This document shows positions 1-12,672 of a stretch of 64,000 bases of DNA, piece by piece. A program made the translations under genes and the position numbers. Under the pieces are notes generated by a model, which made no database searches, was not told the origin of the DNA, and saw only the letters and a list, made by a program, of their open reading frames with translations. Source of the DNA: Paraspadella gotoi (taxonomy: Eukaryota > Animalia > Chaetognatha); assembly GCA_051294375.1 (NCBI GenBank), contig CM119271.1, forward strand, positions 3,883,102 through 3,947,101, in the 5' to 3' direction. Each line of letters opens with the position of its first letter. The stretch's first letter is position 1.

Positions 1-2030
1 GGTCTAGGCCTCCATACATTTCATGCCTCAACCCTAACCCCCTCGACTCGCTAACTGTGAGTGAAGGATGACATACTTGCCTACCCTAACCCTTTACCCG
101 GCCTCTTGTTTATGTACATCTCTGTGCCTAAACCCAAACCTAACTGCCTTTGATGCATCACATGGGCTTTTTCCCTAACCCGAGCCTCTCGTTCACTCTA
201 TGCTTTTCTCCCAAATCTAACCCTAACTCGGGCCTAAGCTTCCCATATATCTCTGTGCCTAACCCTAACCTATCCGCTTTTGAGTCATAACAGTAAGCTC
301 TCTCCCTACCCTAACCCAGGCCTCCCATTCAACTTCATGCCTCTCTCCTAACCCTAACCTTAACCCAGGACCGGGGCTTCCCTTATATATTCGTACCTCA
401 ACTTTATTCCTTATATCCATTGCCAGTACCTCCTTAACCCTATGCCGGATTTTGTAAAATTTACCTTAAAATTGCATTAACCCTAACCATAACCTTAAAC
501 TACTTAACTTTAAGCCTAACCCTAAATTACTCAACCCTAACCCTAATTATTACCAACTCAAAACTTAACCCTAAACCAAACCAACTCAACCCTAATCTAA
601 GTTAAAAAACTATCTCAACCCTAACCTTAACCATAATTGAGTTTTAAGTAAAATCACCATAATGAGAATGCTAATATAATTTACAATTAAATTACCAAAA
701 ATGAGGATGTCACCAAAAAAATAAAAAAAATATTTAGCTTATTATATTTAATATTTTTATTATAATTAATATTTTATATTATATTATAATATATAATATA
801 TTTTTAATATTAAAAATATATTATATATGTATGATAGTAAAATATAATCATTAATTATAATATTAAAAATAATAAATGTATAATATTTCTTCTTAACTTC
901 ATCTCTTGCGTGACCCCCTCATCCTCACTGTTTCGCCCGTACATTCTAACTCTGGCTCATAATCTCATACTTTGATGCTCTATTCTACAACTCTCATTGT
1001 CGCATCTATATATCCTCTATAAACTCATTCAGAAAAAATTAATGTGTTAATAAAAGCGTTACGCCGGTTTTTTGACGATAGCCGCCATGTGATGGTTCAA
1101 TAGTGTCATAGATCTAATGAGACGTCTGGAGTAATTGGTACTATGGAAAAATTTAGAGGTTTTTTTAAGGTTTGAGTTGGTATATAATAACATAGGTGTT
1201 TTAGGCTAGTATGATCAAAAAATTTTAAAAGGTATAGTGCTCTTACAAAGGTTTTATAAGTAGTATTAAGTGGGTTATTTTGTTAGAAAGGGGGGCGTTA
1301 AATGCTCTCATTTATTATTAAAAGGTTTTAAGAATTATTTAAAGAATAATAAATCCGGGCAATTTTAGGGGTTAAAGAGGGGAGTACTTTGTGGTGCAAT
1401 GACAGATCATCATTAATAGTGTAATATAATAGTTTTTGAGGTGACGAATTGATCGTTAGTAAGGGAGAAGCCCAAAAGTCAGTCCTGGTTGTTAAGAAAA
1501 AGTTAGGTTAGATGGAGACAGAGGCAGTTTGTTGAAGTTGGAAAATGTATGAGAGCTCTAAGGGTAAATAGTGGATTTTTTAGGAAGTAGGATAAATCTT
1601 ACTGGTTGGAATCGCATCTACACAAAAGGCGCGGCATATAGATGTATAGTGTGTATATAGGCATCATGTAGATAATAAATATGGGTAGAAAAGGCTTAGT
1701 CAACCGACCGGTTAGGCCGTTTTAAGGATGGTGGGCGGGATTCAAAGAAAAGCATAGAAAAAAATTGAACGAGAGGCTCGGGTTAGGAAAAGCCCATGGT
1801 TGATGCATCAAAGGCAGTAGGTTTGTTTAGGACACAGAGACTGTACATAAACAAGAGCCCGGGTAAGGGTTAGGGTAGGCAAGTATGTCATCCTTCACTC
1901 ACAGTTAGCGAGTCGAAGGGGGTTAGGGTTGAGGCAGGGGAAATGTATGGGGGCCTAGACCGGGTTAGGGTTGGGGAAAGGCATGGAGATGTACGGGAAA
2001 CTTGGGTTAGGGTTTAGTTTGAGGGAAGAG
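1..2030. repeat. Degenerate CCCTAA/TTAGGG-containing repeat arranged as a ~2-kb inverted repeat
   Basis: 1-208 is the reverse complement of ~1747-1961 (ggtctaggcc / ggcctagacc). 210-600 matches ~1160-1740 in reverse complement but with many insertions. CCCTAA-type hexamers lie on the left arm and TTAGGG-type on the right. Confidence 0.8.
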
Positions 2031-2068
2031 CCGCAGGTGATGTATTTATCCCCATGTCTCAACTTCAA

Positions 2069-3215
2069 ATGTCATTTTGCAAACTTGTGAAGATATTTTT
2101 AATCTGAAAGATTTTTTCTATAGTAAAAACCTAAAACATTTATTTATCCAAATTTTATATTTATTGTTATGATTTGACTTGATAATGACCTGGAAAAAGT
2201 TGCTTTAAAATTGTCTTTCATTTTAAAACAAATCTTTTTTTTCATTTTATCGTCTAACTTATAAACATTTTTTAAAAAACTTTTACATTGTATTAATTCT
2301 TTCTTTTTTGTTATTTAGAGAGAAAAATGAAAATTCATTATTTGACAACAATAATTTGTTTTTATTTAAATCGGACAGTTTCGATTCTATAACTTTCGAG
2401 TCTTCATCAGCATTTAAATTTACAAACTCAATATTTAAAAACTGAAATGTTTTAAATTTAATGCTAATTAAAAACATGAAGTCCTAGAGTCGAAAAATGT
2501 CCGATTCAAATAACAACAAAAACATTGTTATCAATAACAAATTTTTGTTTTCTCTCCAAATAAAAACTTTTATATTAAAAAAGTATCAATATTAATATCT
2601 TCTGAAAGCTCTTGAAATTTGAAGAAAATAATATATTTAAGAATATTCTAACGTGAAAATAAGCCTAACCAGCTTTAGTTTTAATTAAGATAATCCAATG
2701 AAATAATAAAATACTAAATAATTTTTTAAATATCTGACTATTCTTACTATATGATCTACCAATTATTGTTTATATAAGTATCATAAAAAAGCTTAAAAAA
2801 CTAAATTAAATAGTAATAATAATTTAATAATTTATTCAAAAACTGCTCTTAAGAATTTTAATTAATAATTATCTTTAAAGCTAGATAGGCTATTTTTTAA
2901 TATACATTATTTTTTAATTATGCCAATCTCTTTATATTTTTAAAAGCTTTCAGAATAATTAATATGATACCTTTTATTATTTTGTGTAAAATTTAAAAAA
3001 AGTTAGAAAAAAACAGATGAATAAAAAAAAAGTTTAAAATGAAACACCATTTTGAAAGCAACTTTTCTCTGCTCAGTGCCAAGTCAATCAAACCATCAAT
3101 ATAAAATTTGTTATATAAATGATTAGGATTTTATTACAGAAAACTTTTTCAGATAAAAAAAATTTACAAAATTTTGTAATAACGATTTTTTTTAGCGGCG
3201 GGCTGTTGTGTGTCA
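2069..3215. mobile_element. Left-truncated copy of the mariner-like MITE at 4995-6160
   Basis: Colinear with 5030-6157. It keeps the right TIR (ttagcggcgggctgttgtgtgtcac) and lacks the first ~35 bp of the left TIR. Confidence 0.75.
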
Positions 3216-4618
3216 CTTTTGTTGTAGAGTTAAAATACTAGGGTTAAGGTTTTTAGCTGGCATGAGATAAAGGTTAGGGTTAGGGCTAAAAAATGGCCTT
3301 GCTGTAAAATGATGCAAGATTGCAATAAGATAAATTAATTAGGGTTAGGGTTTTTATTGGGTCATTTCAGGGTGAATTGGGAAGGCTTATTATATCACCA
3401 TTATTCTGGCCACTGGCCAGTCCCTTTTCAAACCCTGAACTTGACCATCTTTTTGTCATTCACTAGTCCGACGCTTAATAAAAAAAGACTGACAGGATAC
3501 CCGAGTATGGTATTCCTTTCAGGCATATAATATATCCTCCATTTGCGCCGCCCGGCCGGGGGGGAGCCAGCTCATTTTGAGCTCTTTCTTACCTTACTTT
3601 AACTATCACTTTACTTAACTATCCCTCACCACTTATTCTTTCCATTTCAAATTTCACGTTAATTCACTTTATTATTTATTTAGTTAGAACTATTTAATAT
3701 ATTTATTTTTGTTAAATATTAGTTTATCTTAGTTGTTAATTTAATTTATTCCACTATATCTCTGTTGTAATTACCACAATGTATTGATATTAATTTTTTC
3801 TCTCTCTCCTTCTCCTCTTTTAACTTTTCACAAATTTTGCCTCTTCTTCCTGTCTTCACCTTTAGCTGTCCTCACATCGGGCCACTGTCCTTACCCTATT
3901 CTTTGTTGGAAAAATCTCTCTCTCCCTCTCTAAAAACTTAACATTAACACGAAAAAAAATTGTTGTTTCAAAACTGGCTGATCTGAAGGCTCTAACCCTT
4001 GTGGAAGCCCGAACAAATATCCTGACTTAAAATGTTGTCAATAAAAATCGTTGTTCAAATTCAAAAACTGTTATCCCTTAATACTATGAAGAAGTAAACT
4101 AAATTATAGTTTTATGGTATATTTTTGGATTCATTAATTAAAAGTTAAAAATAAAAAGTATTATATTAAAGTAAATTTAAATTTTTTATCTTTTAAATAG
4201 ATATGTTTCAACCCATATGTAACAAAAATTGCAAAGTATATAATAGGAAAAAAAATTAGTAAGCAAAATAACTTTTATTATTATTATTATTATTTAAAAA
4301 ATATATATTGAAAAGCTTGCCTTTAATCAGACTGCTGTATTAAGTAGCCAAAGCATATTCAGGGATAAAATTTTACTTCATAAAAAAATTGAAAGTATTT
4401 TATAATAATTTAATAGATTAAAAATAAAGAATTATTATTATTTACTTAATCTTAGATATAATAAATATATGATATTAATTAATTATAAAAATAAAAAAAT
4501 AGAAAAATAGAAAATAGTAAAACAGTAAGGTTGAAAATTTTTATTAATTATAAAAATCAATATATATTTTTTAAATATTTTTTTTAATTTGATAATTATA
4601 ATTCTATTTGATTTTTAT

Positions 4619-4797
4619 GGAGCTGAGCCGGGCATTTTTATTTCGGCTCCGGCTCCAGCTCGGCTCCGGTCAAAAATTTTTTTCGGCTCCGGCTCCAGCT
4701 CCGGCTCAGCCAGATAAAAATTCTGCTCCGGCTCGGCTCCGGCAAAAAAGCTCGGCTCCGGCGGCTCAGCTCCGGCTCCGCTCCGGCTCCAACCCTG
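4619..4797. mobile_element. (GCTCCG)n subterminal array and CCCTG terminus of a hAT-like non-autonomous element (one end only)
   Basis: Repeated ggctcc hexamers end in ccaaccctg (reverse complement CAGGGTTGGAGCCGGAG), a hAT-like CAGGG start. Homology to the second copy stops exactly at this terminus. Confidence 0.55.
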
Positions 4798-4994
4798 TTT
4801 ATACTGTGAGGTCACCAGTGAGGTTATGGCCCCCCCGGATACAACCAGGGCTTTGCTTATATTGCTATAGTGAAGTCGCCAACCACAAAGAACAACAATT
4901 GTGGACTCATGCGTGAATCGCCGGCAACATGCTATTTGATAAACTACAACTAGAGTTGGGTGAAGCTCAGAAATAAACAAAAAGCCTGGAGTTA

Positions 4995-6160
4995 CAAGGT
5001 GTACACAACAGCCTGCCCTAAAAAAAAATTGTCATTTGCAAACTTGTGAAGATATTTTAATCTAAAAGATTTTTTCTATCGTAAAAACCTAAATCATTTA
5101 TATATCCAAATTTTATATTGATTGTTTATAATTGATTAGCAATGACCAGAAAAAAGTTGCTTTAAAAATTGTCTTTTATTTTAAAACAAATCTTTTAAAA
5201 TTTTTTTGTCTAAATTTATTAACATTTTTTTTAAAAACTACATTTTTATTGTTTTTTGAATTATTTAGGAAAAACGAAAAATTCATTATTTGACAACAAT
5301 AATTTTGTTTTTATTTAAATCAGTATGTTTCGACTCTATAACTTTTAGTCTTCATCAGCATTTAAATTTACAAACTCAATATTTAAAAACTGAAATGTTT
5401 ATAAATTTAAATGCTGATGAAGAATATGAAGTCCTAGAGTGGAAACATGTCCGATTTAAATAAAACAAAATCATTGTTATCAATTAATAAATTTTTGTTT
5501 CTCTCCAATAAGAACTTTTATATAAAAAGGTATCAATATAATATCTTCTGAAAGCTCTTAAAAATTTTAAAAAATAATATATTTAAGAATATTGAAACAT
5601 TAAAAAAAGCCTAACCAGCTTAGTTTAATTAAATATCCAAATTGAATAATAAAATCCTAAAATAATTTTTTTAAAATATCTGACCTATTTTAACTGTGAT
5701 CTTACCAATTATTGTTTATATAAGTATGATAAAAAATTTTAAGAAAAACTAAATCAAAATAACTAACAATCATTAATAATTATTCAAAAACTGCTCTTTA
5801 AAAATTTTTAATTTAATAATTATCTTAAAGCTAGATAGGCTATTTATATTACAGTATTTTTAATTATGTCAATCTTTTTATATTTTTAAGAGCTTTCAGA
5901 AGATATTAATATTGATACCTTTTTTATATAAAGTTTGTAAAAAAAATAGTTAAAAAGTTAAATAAACATATTGAAAAAAAAATTGAGTTTTAAAATGAAA
6001 CACAATTGAAGACAACTTTCTCCGCTCAGTACCAAGTCAAATCAAAACCATAAATAAATGATTTAGGTTTTTATTACAGAAAAAAGTTTCAAATGAAAAA
6101 ATTTTTACAAATTTGCAAATAACATTTTTTTTTAGCGGCGGGCTGTTGTGTGTCACCTTG
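4995..6160. mobile_element. Tc1/mariner-like MITE with long imperfect TIRs and nested internal hairpins
   Basis: TA|caaggtgtacacaacagcctgccctaaaa ... ttttagcggcgggctgttgtgtgtcaccttg|TA. The flanking TA is consistent with a Tc1/mariner TSD. No ORF. Confidence 0.75.
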
Positions 6161-6964
6161 TAGGGTTTTAAAAAATATTAGGGTTAAGGTTTTAGCTTGG
6201 CATGATAAAAGGTTACGGGTTAGGGCTAAAAAAATGGCCTGCGTAAAATGATGTAAGATTATAAATAAGATAAATTAATTAGGGTTAAGGGTTTTTATTG
6301 GAGTTCATTCACGGTGAATGGGAAGGCTTTATTATATCCCCATTATTCTGGCCAGTCCCTTTAACAAACCCTAAAAACTGTGGCCAATGCTTTTTGTCTA
6401 TTACTTAGTCCGACTTAATATGCGATTTTATTCGAATACAACGAGGTGATTCAGTACAATCATCATCAAAAACAACAAACAAAGACAGACTAAGTCTAAG
6501 CAAAAAAACATAAAATAATTAAAATATTTTAATTAAAAATTTAAACAATTAAAAATTGTTCTTATGTTGTAAAAAATGGAACAAGTTTCTGAAAACAGTA
6601 TTTTTCATTGTATATATCTTTGAGATAAAGGGTTTCTTACGATTATTAAAAATTGTAGATAGGTCTGTATCAAACATACTCCTAAGTTCTACTCACACTT
6701 TCCCATCGATTATATCCAAAAATCTAAAAAGATTGATAGGATGCCCGAGTATGGTTATTCCTTTCAGGCATATAATATAGTATGAAAGAAGTAAACTAAT
6801 ATGATAAGTTTTATAGTATATTTTGAATTCATTAATTAAAAAGTTAAAAAATAAAAAGTATAATATTAGGTAATTTAGTTTTTATCTTTTAAATAGATAT
6901 CTTCAACCATATGTAACAAAAATTATATAAAAAGTATATAATATAAAAATTAGTAGCAAAATAA

Positions 6965-7011
<47 letters not shown>

Positions 7012-7281
7012 CTTATTAATTGTTCAAAAAATATATTATTGAAAAAGCTTTGCCTTAATCAGTCTGCAAATGGTTGCTGTATAAGTAAGCCAAAGCATAT
7101 TAAAGGATAAATTTTTACTTCATAAATATTTAAAAATTTAATAATTAAAAAAAAGGATTATTATTATTTACTTAATCTTATGTATAATAAAATATATGAT
7201 ATTATATAAATTATAAAATCAGATTATGTTTTTTTAAAATATTTTTTTAAATTTAATAATTATAATCTTATTTTATTTTTA

Positions 7282-7478
7282 TGGAGCTGGAGCCGGGGCT
7301 TTTTATTTCGGCTCCGGCTCCAGCTCCGCTCCGGTCAAAAATTTTTTTTCGCTCCGGCTCCAGCTCCGGCTCCGGCCAGATAAAAATTCTCGCTCCGGCT
7401 CGGCTCCGGCTCGGCAAAAAAAGCCGGTCCGGCGGCTCCAGCTCCGGCTCCGGCTCCGGCTCCGGCTCCACATCCCTG
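7282..7478. mobile_element. (GCTCCG)n subterminal array and CCCTG terminus, second copy
   Basis: Near-identical to 4619-4797, ending ccacatccctg with a different downstream flank. Confidence 0.55.
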
Positions 7479-7770
7479 CCACTAGGTTACCGGGTTCGAT
7501 CCCAACCCGGTACCTACCCAGCGGAAGCATGAGGAGCCGTAAGCCGCCTTGGGGACATGGCAAACTCAGCTGGTTCCATGCCAGGACCCGTTCCATGGCT
7601 GTTAGAGGGGGTATAGAGTTACGGACAGTCATCTTCAGCCCACGTAAGCGCCTTCTCCACATATATTTATTATATGAAATTAGTACAACCCAATTGTTTG
7701 TACCAATTGGTTGTACTAATTTCATAGAAGTACAAAAGACTTATCACCTATCAAGTATTATCTAAAATAA
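7479..7770 (+). mobile_element. tRNA-derived SINE, 5'-truncated
   Basis: Starts ccactaggttaccGGGTTCGATCCC (B box). Body is the reverse complement of the full copy at 22470-22791; the A-box part is missing. The 3' limit is approximate. Confidence 0.65.
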
Positions 7771-8103
7771 TTTAATATTTTATAAATTATGATGCCATCA
7801 AATTTCTGGTCTTGTAATCGCTTTTTTAGGTATCTCGTTACGGGCACAAAGTATTATACATATGAACATAAAGGTCTCATGATACATTACCTTACCTACA
7901 GATTTAAACTTAATTGATACAATATTACCAGCTGCGGATCATTAAAGCGTTAGTTGGATAGACCCAATGGAACCGACCTAAAAGTCACTTGCACCACGAG
8001 AACTCTCTATTGACGCACTGAAAAATACGAAGAAAAATCTGGTTTCTTCGCGATTCGAGTCTTAGAGCTTAATGCCATATTGTCTTCTTTTTTCTTTCAC
8101 TCA

Positions 8104-8145
<42 letters not shown>

Positions 8146-8593
8146 CTTTCTCTCTCAAGGATATTTACGTTCCTTCAGCATCAATTTTTTTTTTTCCTTT
8201 CTTTCTTCTATTATCATTCAGATTTCTGATGTGACTGACAATCGTCGAACGAAGACGGTGTTTTTTTCTCTTATGTTCCTTTATTTCCGACGGATTTTTT
8301 TTGTTATTATTATTATTATTATTTTATTCATTTTTTTCGTATTATTTCTGCTATTTCTTCATTTCTTTCTACATTTTTTTTTATTCCTTTATTGAATTAT
8401 TCCTTTATTATAGCGATCAATATTGACGAACCAGTTATAGTTAAAACTCCAGAAGGTTTTCAAAACACCATTTCTTTTTTCCGGTGGATTAAGTTGAAGA
8501 CTGGGCCCGAGCTTATGCTGGTGAGGGCGGCTGCTATTTTGGGAAACCGGCTCGTATTTTGGCAAGAAGGGGCGAGAGGAAGTGAAGAAGAGT

Positions 8594-8624
8594 GATAGAT
8601 AGATAATAGATAGATAGATAGGAA

Positions 8625-8668
<44 letters not shown>
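8594..8668. repeat. (GATA)n microsatellite
   Basis: Direct reading. (TATC)n counterparts occur at ~18566-18632 and ~30751-30840. Confidence 0.95.
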
Positions 8669-8669
<1 letters not shown>

Positions 8670-8724
8670 AAGAGAAATAGAAAATGAAGTCAAAGACTAG
8701 GAGAACAAAGAATGTAAAAAAAAA

Positions 8725-9127
8725 CAAGACGGTAATTCAAATGTGTTGCGCCGAAGTGCTCCCTTATCACGTGTATTTCTCGTGACATGACATCACGTGA
8801 CATAACAATGAATATATGACTACAATAACTTATTAACTTTCTTAGCCCATATATTTAGGACATGCACTGCATTTAAACTCCATCTTTTATTCCTTATTGT
8901 TTTAGGATTTCCTGAAGGTGACTCTAGCAGTCTCTTACATTTGAGGTTTTTTTCTGTCTTAACAAATGAGAAACCAACTATAGGCAAATTACATGCATTT
9001 TTTAACTTAAGTGGGACAGATCGACAGACAAACATGCCGACGGACCGACTAACCAAAGGACTGACCATCAGACAGACTGAAAAGTGACATAATAGAGTTG
9101 CTCCGAGAGTACTCACGGCACAACTCA
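8725..9127 (-). mobile_element. Helentron-associated (HINE/DINE-1-like) non-autonomous element
   Basis: On minus: 5' hairpin gagttgtgccgtgagtactctcggagcaactc, GTCT/GTCY microsatellite, 3' cggcgcaac sub-TIR then aattaccgtcttg, with T-rich flanks. Confidence 0.7.
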
Positions 9128-9381
9128 TAAAAAAAAGTCAAACAATCCTCGACATCATAACTTGCGTCGTTAGTTTTATCATCTTCATCCTCATTAATAG
9201 TCTTTGTCACCGTCGCCTTTTCCCATATCCCCCCTTCCCTATCCCGCCCTCCCTATCCCGCCCTCCCCTATCCCCCTTTTCGAGGTATTTTCTGTCCAAA
9301 CTCTCATTATGTCATCGCCTTTTTGCCTTCACGAGTTCATCAACGATGAGAATGGCTTTGGGGAAACACGACAAATTTTTT

Positions 9382-9715
9382 AGTTGCTCCGTGAGTACTT
9401 GCGGAGCAACTCTTTAAGTCATTTTGGTGGTTCTGTCTCTGTCTGTCGTTCTGTCTGTCTGTCGGTCGTATGTCTGTCGTTGGTCTGTCCCACTTACGTG
9501 AAAAACGCTTATTGTTTGCCATAGTTGTGTTCATTTTTAAGTCAGGAAAAAACCATCTAATGTGCTAGCTGGCCTTGGAAACCAGTCATCAGTTATGTCG
9601 TTCGTAGTATACGTCATCTGTCATGTCATGTCATGTCATGTCATGTCATGTCACAAGAAATATACGAGATAAGGGCAGTCACTGCGGCGACAACAAATTC
9701 GAATTACCGTTCTTA
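9382..9715 (+). mobile_element. HINE/DINE-1-like element
   Basis: 5' hairpin agttgctccgtgagtacttgcggagcaact, GTCT repeats, (CATGT)n, 3' gcggcgacaac...aattaccgttctt, inserted in a T run. Confidence 0.7.
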
Positions 9716-10199
9716 TTTTAAAAAAATCGGGAACATCAACATTTTTTTTTTGCAAGTTTACTTCTTCGCTGATTCTCTAAACTTTTGTTGCGTAATTGTT
9801 ACAAACAATGAAAATTATTTGTTCAAATGTCAATTACGGTACAATTTGTAGGAACGGTTTGTGTTGGAATCCTTTTGATATTCGGGATTTGCCCCAAAAA
9901 TCGATCTTTCAGCAACGATACGAATCATGACGTAATTTGAGCTCCACTGTTTACTTTTTATTCTCATTCTGGTCTCTCATGATTTTTTTTTTGGTTTGCT
10001 AAAGAACTCTTTCTGTTTCCGTTGGTTGTTAATGTTTGTCATTATTATAAATTTGAAATGGAATCCACAGTCAGTCCACTAGAACTGAGGGTCCAAAGCT
10101 TTCGTTGATCCTCGGCTTTTGATATTTAGATTTGATGATTCTGGGAAGGTTGGGAGCTAAAATACTAATAGAGTGATCAGTGATATATATATACTATAT

Positions 10200-10648
10200 T
10201 AAGGCGTAGTAAAATTTCTAAATTTACTTAATTAAAATTCTAAAAATAAGAACGAACAACATTATACTAATGAACATTATATAATAAAAAAAATTAATAA
10301 AAATTTTTACAATTTACGCAGTAGGCATATTTATACTAGTACTAAACAATAAATGTTTAAAATTTTTCAAAACAGTTTTTTCTAAGATTTTTTTGCGTTT
10401 GATTCTCATAAAAAGTGATAAAGAAATATAACTCTTTTTTGAAAAATTCCTTCATAAAGTGGGTCAAAAATTAGAAAAGCTATATTTAGCTGAAAATTAA
10501 CTTTATATATATTAATATAGTTTTTTATTTTACCCACTTATGAAAGAATTTTAAAAAATGATTTATATTTTCTTCATTTTATAAGGATAGTACTATATAT
10601 AAATATAGCCACTGCGAAAATTAAAAGCATAAAATTAATTTTTTTACA
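10200..10648. mobile_element. Truncated copy of the hAT-like MITE at 53391-54031 (opposite orientation)
   Basis: Starts taaggcgtagtaaaatttctaaatt and is the reverse complement of ~53470-54031 with an internal deletion. Confidence 0.7.
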
Positions 10649-10649
10649 T

Positions 10650-11288
10650 AGTGAAAGAAAAAAAGAAGACAAAATGGCGATTAAGCTTCTAAGACTCGAA
10701 GTCGCGAAGAAACCAGATTTTTCTTCGTATTTTTCAGTTGCGTCAATCGAGAGTTCTCGCGGTGCAAGTGACTTTTAGGTCGGTCCATTGGTCTATCCAA
10801 CTAACGCTTTAAATGATCCTGAGTCTGGTAATATTGTATCAATTAAGTTTAAATCTGTAGGTAAGGTAATGTATCATGAGACCTTTTATGTTCATATGTA
10901 TAATACTTGTGCCGTAACGAGATGACCTAAAAAAGCGATTACAAGACCAGAAATTTGATGCATCATAATTTATAAAATATTAAATTATTTTAGATAATAC
11001 TTGATAGGTTGATAAGTCTTTTGTACTTCTATGAAATTAGTACAACCAATTGGTACAACCAATTGGTTGTACTAATTTCATATATATAAATATATGTGGA
11101 GAAGGCGCTACGTGGGCTGAAGATGACTGTCCGTAACTTCTATAACCCCCTCTAACAGCCATGGAACGGGTCCCTGGGCATGGAACCAGGCTTGAGGGTT
11201 TGCCATGTCCCCAAGGCGGCTTACGGCTCCTCATGCTTCCCGCTGGGTAGGTACCGGGTTGGGATCGAACCCGGTACCTAGTGGCAGG
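10650..11288 (-). repeat. Inverted arm matching 7475-8101, including a truncated SINE at ~10985-11284
   Basis: Reverse complement of 7475-8101 (cctgccactagg / cctagtggcagg) and a direct match to 22136-22748. Confidence 0.85.
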
Positions 11289-11994
11289 ACGACGGAGATT
11301 TGGATTCGAATACGTTTCCTCATTACTAATTTAATTTGTCATATTTCTCGGGTATAATCCCATTTTTTAGGCTTTTTCCGCATGGCATCCAGGCAGATTC
11401 GCGCATTTTATGCGAGAGAATCAAGCTCAATATTGTCTTTCACATTTCGTCAATTCCATCAAGAAAAAGGAACAAATGAAAATGGCCCCACATATGATTA
11501 TATATCTTTTCATTCCCCGCGCTTTTTTTATTCTTATTGACTTTTATGTTTGTTAATCGGAAATGGTATTGAAGAAACTGTCATTAAAATTTATTTTTGT
11601 TTCACTTACTACTAAGCATTCACCGTGCTCGTGAGTAAAAATATTTTCTCACTCTTTTTACGTAATATTCTTTAAAATTTTATTGATGATTTGTTGTCTT
11701 TTTTCAGATTTTGCTACAAAACTTTGTCTGCACTTTATTCTACTATTTAAAGCAGAAACAGTATATTTTAGAATTAATTGTTAGAGAGAACAATAGGTTT
11801 TGATTTTACAAACGATTTATTGTTAAGAGACAACATGTTTCGGCTTGTTGCTTTTCAAGCCTTCATCACTAACACTAAATAGCAACAAAAAAGAAAAGTA
11901 TTACAAATCAAGAATCAATTTGTATAATTATTTACATAATCTAGTCTAGAGAGCGATTCAAAGATACTACCTTGCTTCTCTGCCTTGGACATTT

Positions 11995-12054
<60 letters not shown>

Positions 12055-12317
12055 ACCTATTTTTATTCTTTGCAAATAGAAATAAGTATCGATTAATCGA
12101 TTGTAGCATTGACTATTGTTGTGGAATTGTTGTTTTTTATTAACGAACCTTTTTACTGTACCCAAAAGGTCATGCAGTCCGCAGAAAGCGTTCCCGGGCC
12201 GTATCCCTAGATCCATCATTCATTCATTCTCTCTCACTCTTTCTTTCTCTGCTCTTTTTCAACGTTTATAAATTTTTGCCCAATGCCCTAAATTCCATCT
12301 CATAGAATCCAACATAT

Positions 12318-12354
<37 letters not shown>

Positions 12355-12672
12355 TATCATAATTATCATCATTATCACAGCAATATACAATTGTTTTTTT
12401 CATTGTCAAATGCATCACTGAGTTTCTTTTTCACTGTTATCACCTTCGACTCATGCAATTACGATCGGCATTCCCTTTGTAGACACACGAAATGTAAACC
12501 ATCAAGTTTAGTAACGAAAAGAGTAACTTTATTTCTCAATAAAAAAAAAAAAAAAAAAAAAGTCAAAAACCCGTTAATCAACTTAATGCGATCGTTCCGT
12601 CGAGATCGACACCGGGTCATTCCACGCGATGAAAATCGTCGCGCGATGAATAAAAAAAAACGTGATCTGGAA

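Larger units (their letters stand above)
2069..4797. repeat. Direct duplication, copy 1 (copy 2 = ~5030-7478)
   Basis: 2069-3480 ~ 5030-6420; 3490-3535 ~ 6735-6780; 4082-4797 ~ 6780-7478. 3535-4080 and 6420-6735 are each specific to one copy. Both copies carry a degenerate TTAGGG tract after the MITE. Confidence 0.8.
7479..10192 (-). repeat. Inverted copy of 17050-22747 lacking the 3-kb TIR element (empty-site version)
   Basis: 7479-8363 is the reverse complement of 21862-22747, and 8360-10192 is the reverse complement of 17050-18877. The join gctatttcttcatttctttc contains a single ATGA on the minus strand. Confidence 0.85.

Noticed and set aside
4608-7725. PE/AP/GS-repeat ORFs at 4.6-5.0 and 7.3-7.7 kb
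   Set aside because: Translations of the (GCTCCG)n transposon end and the SINE.
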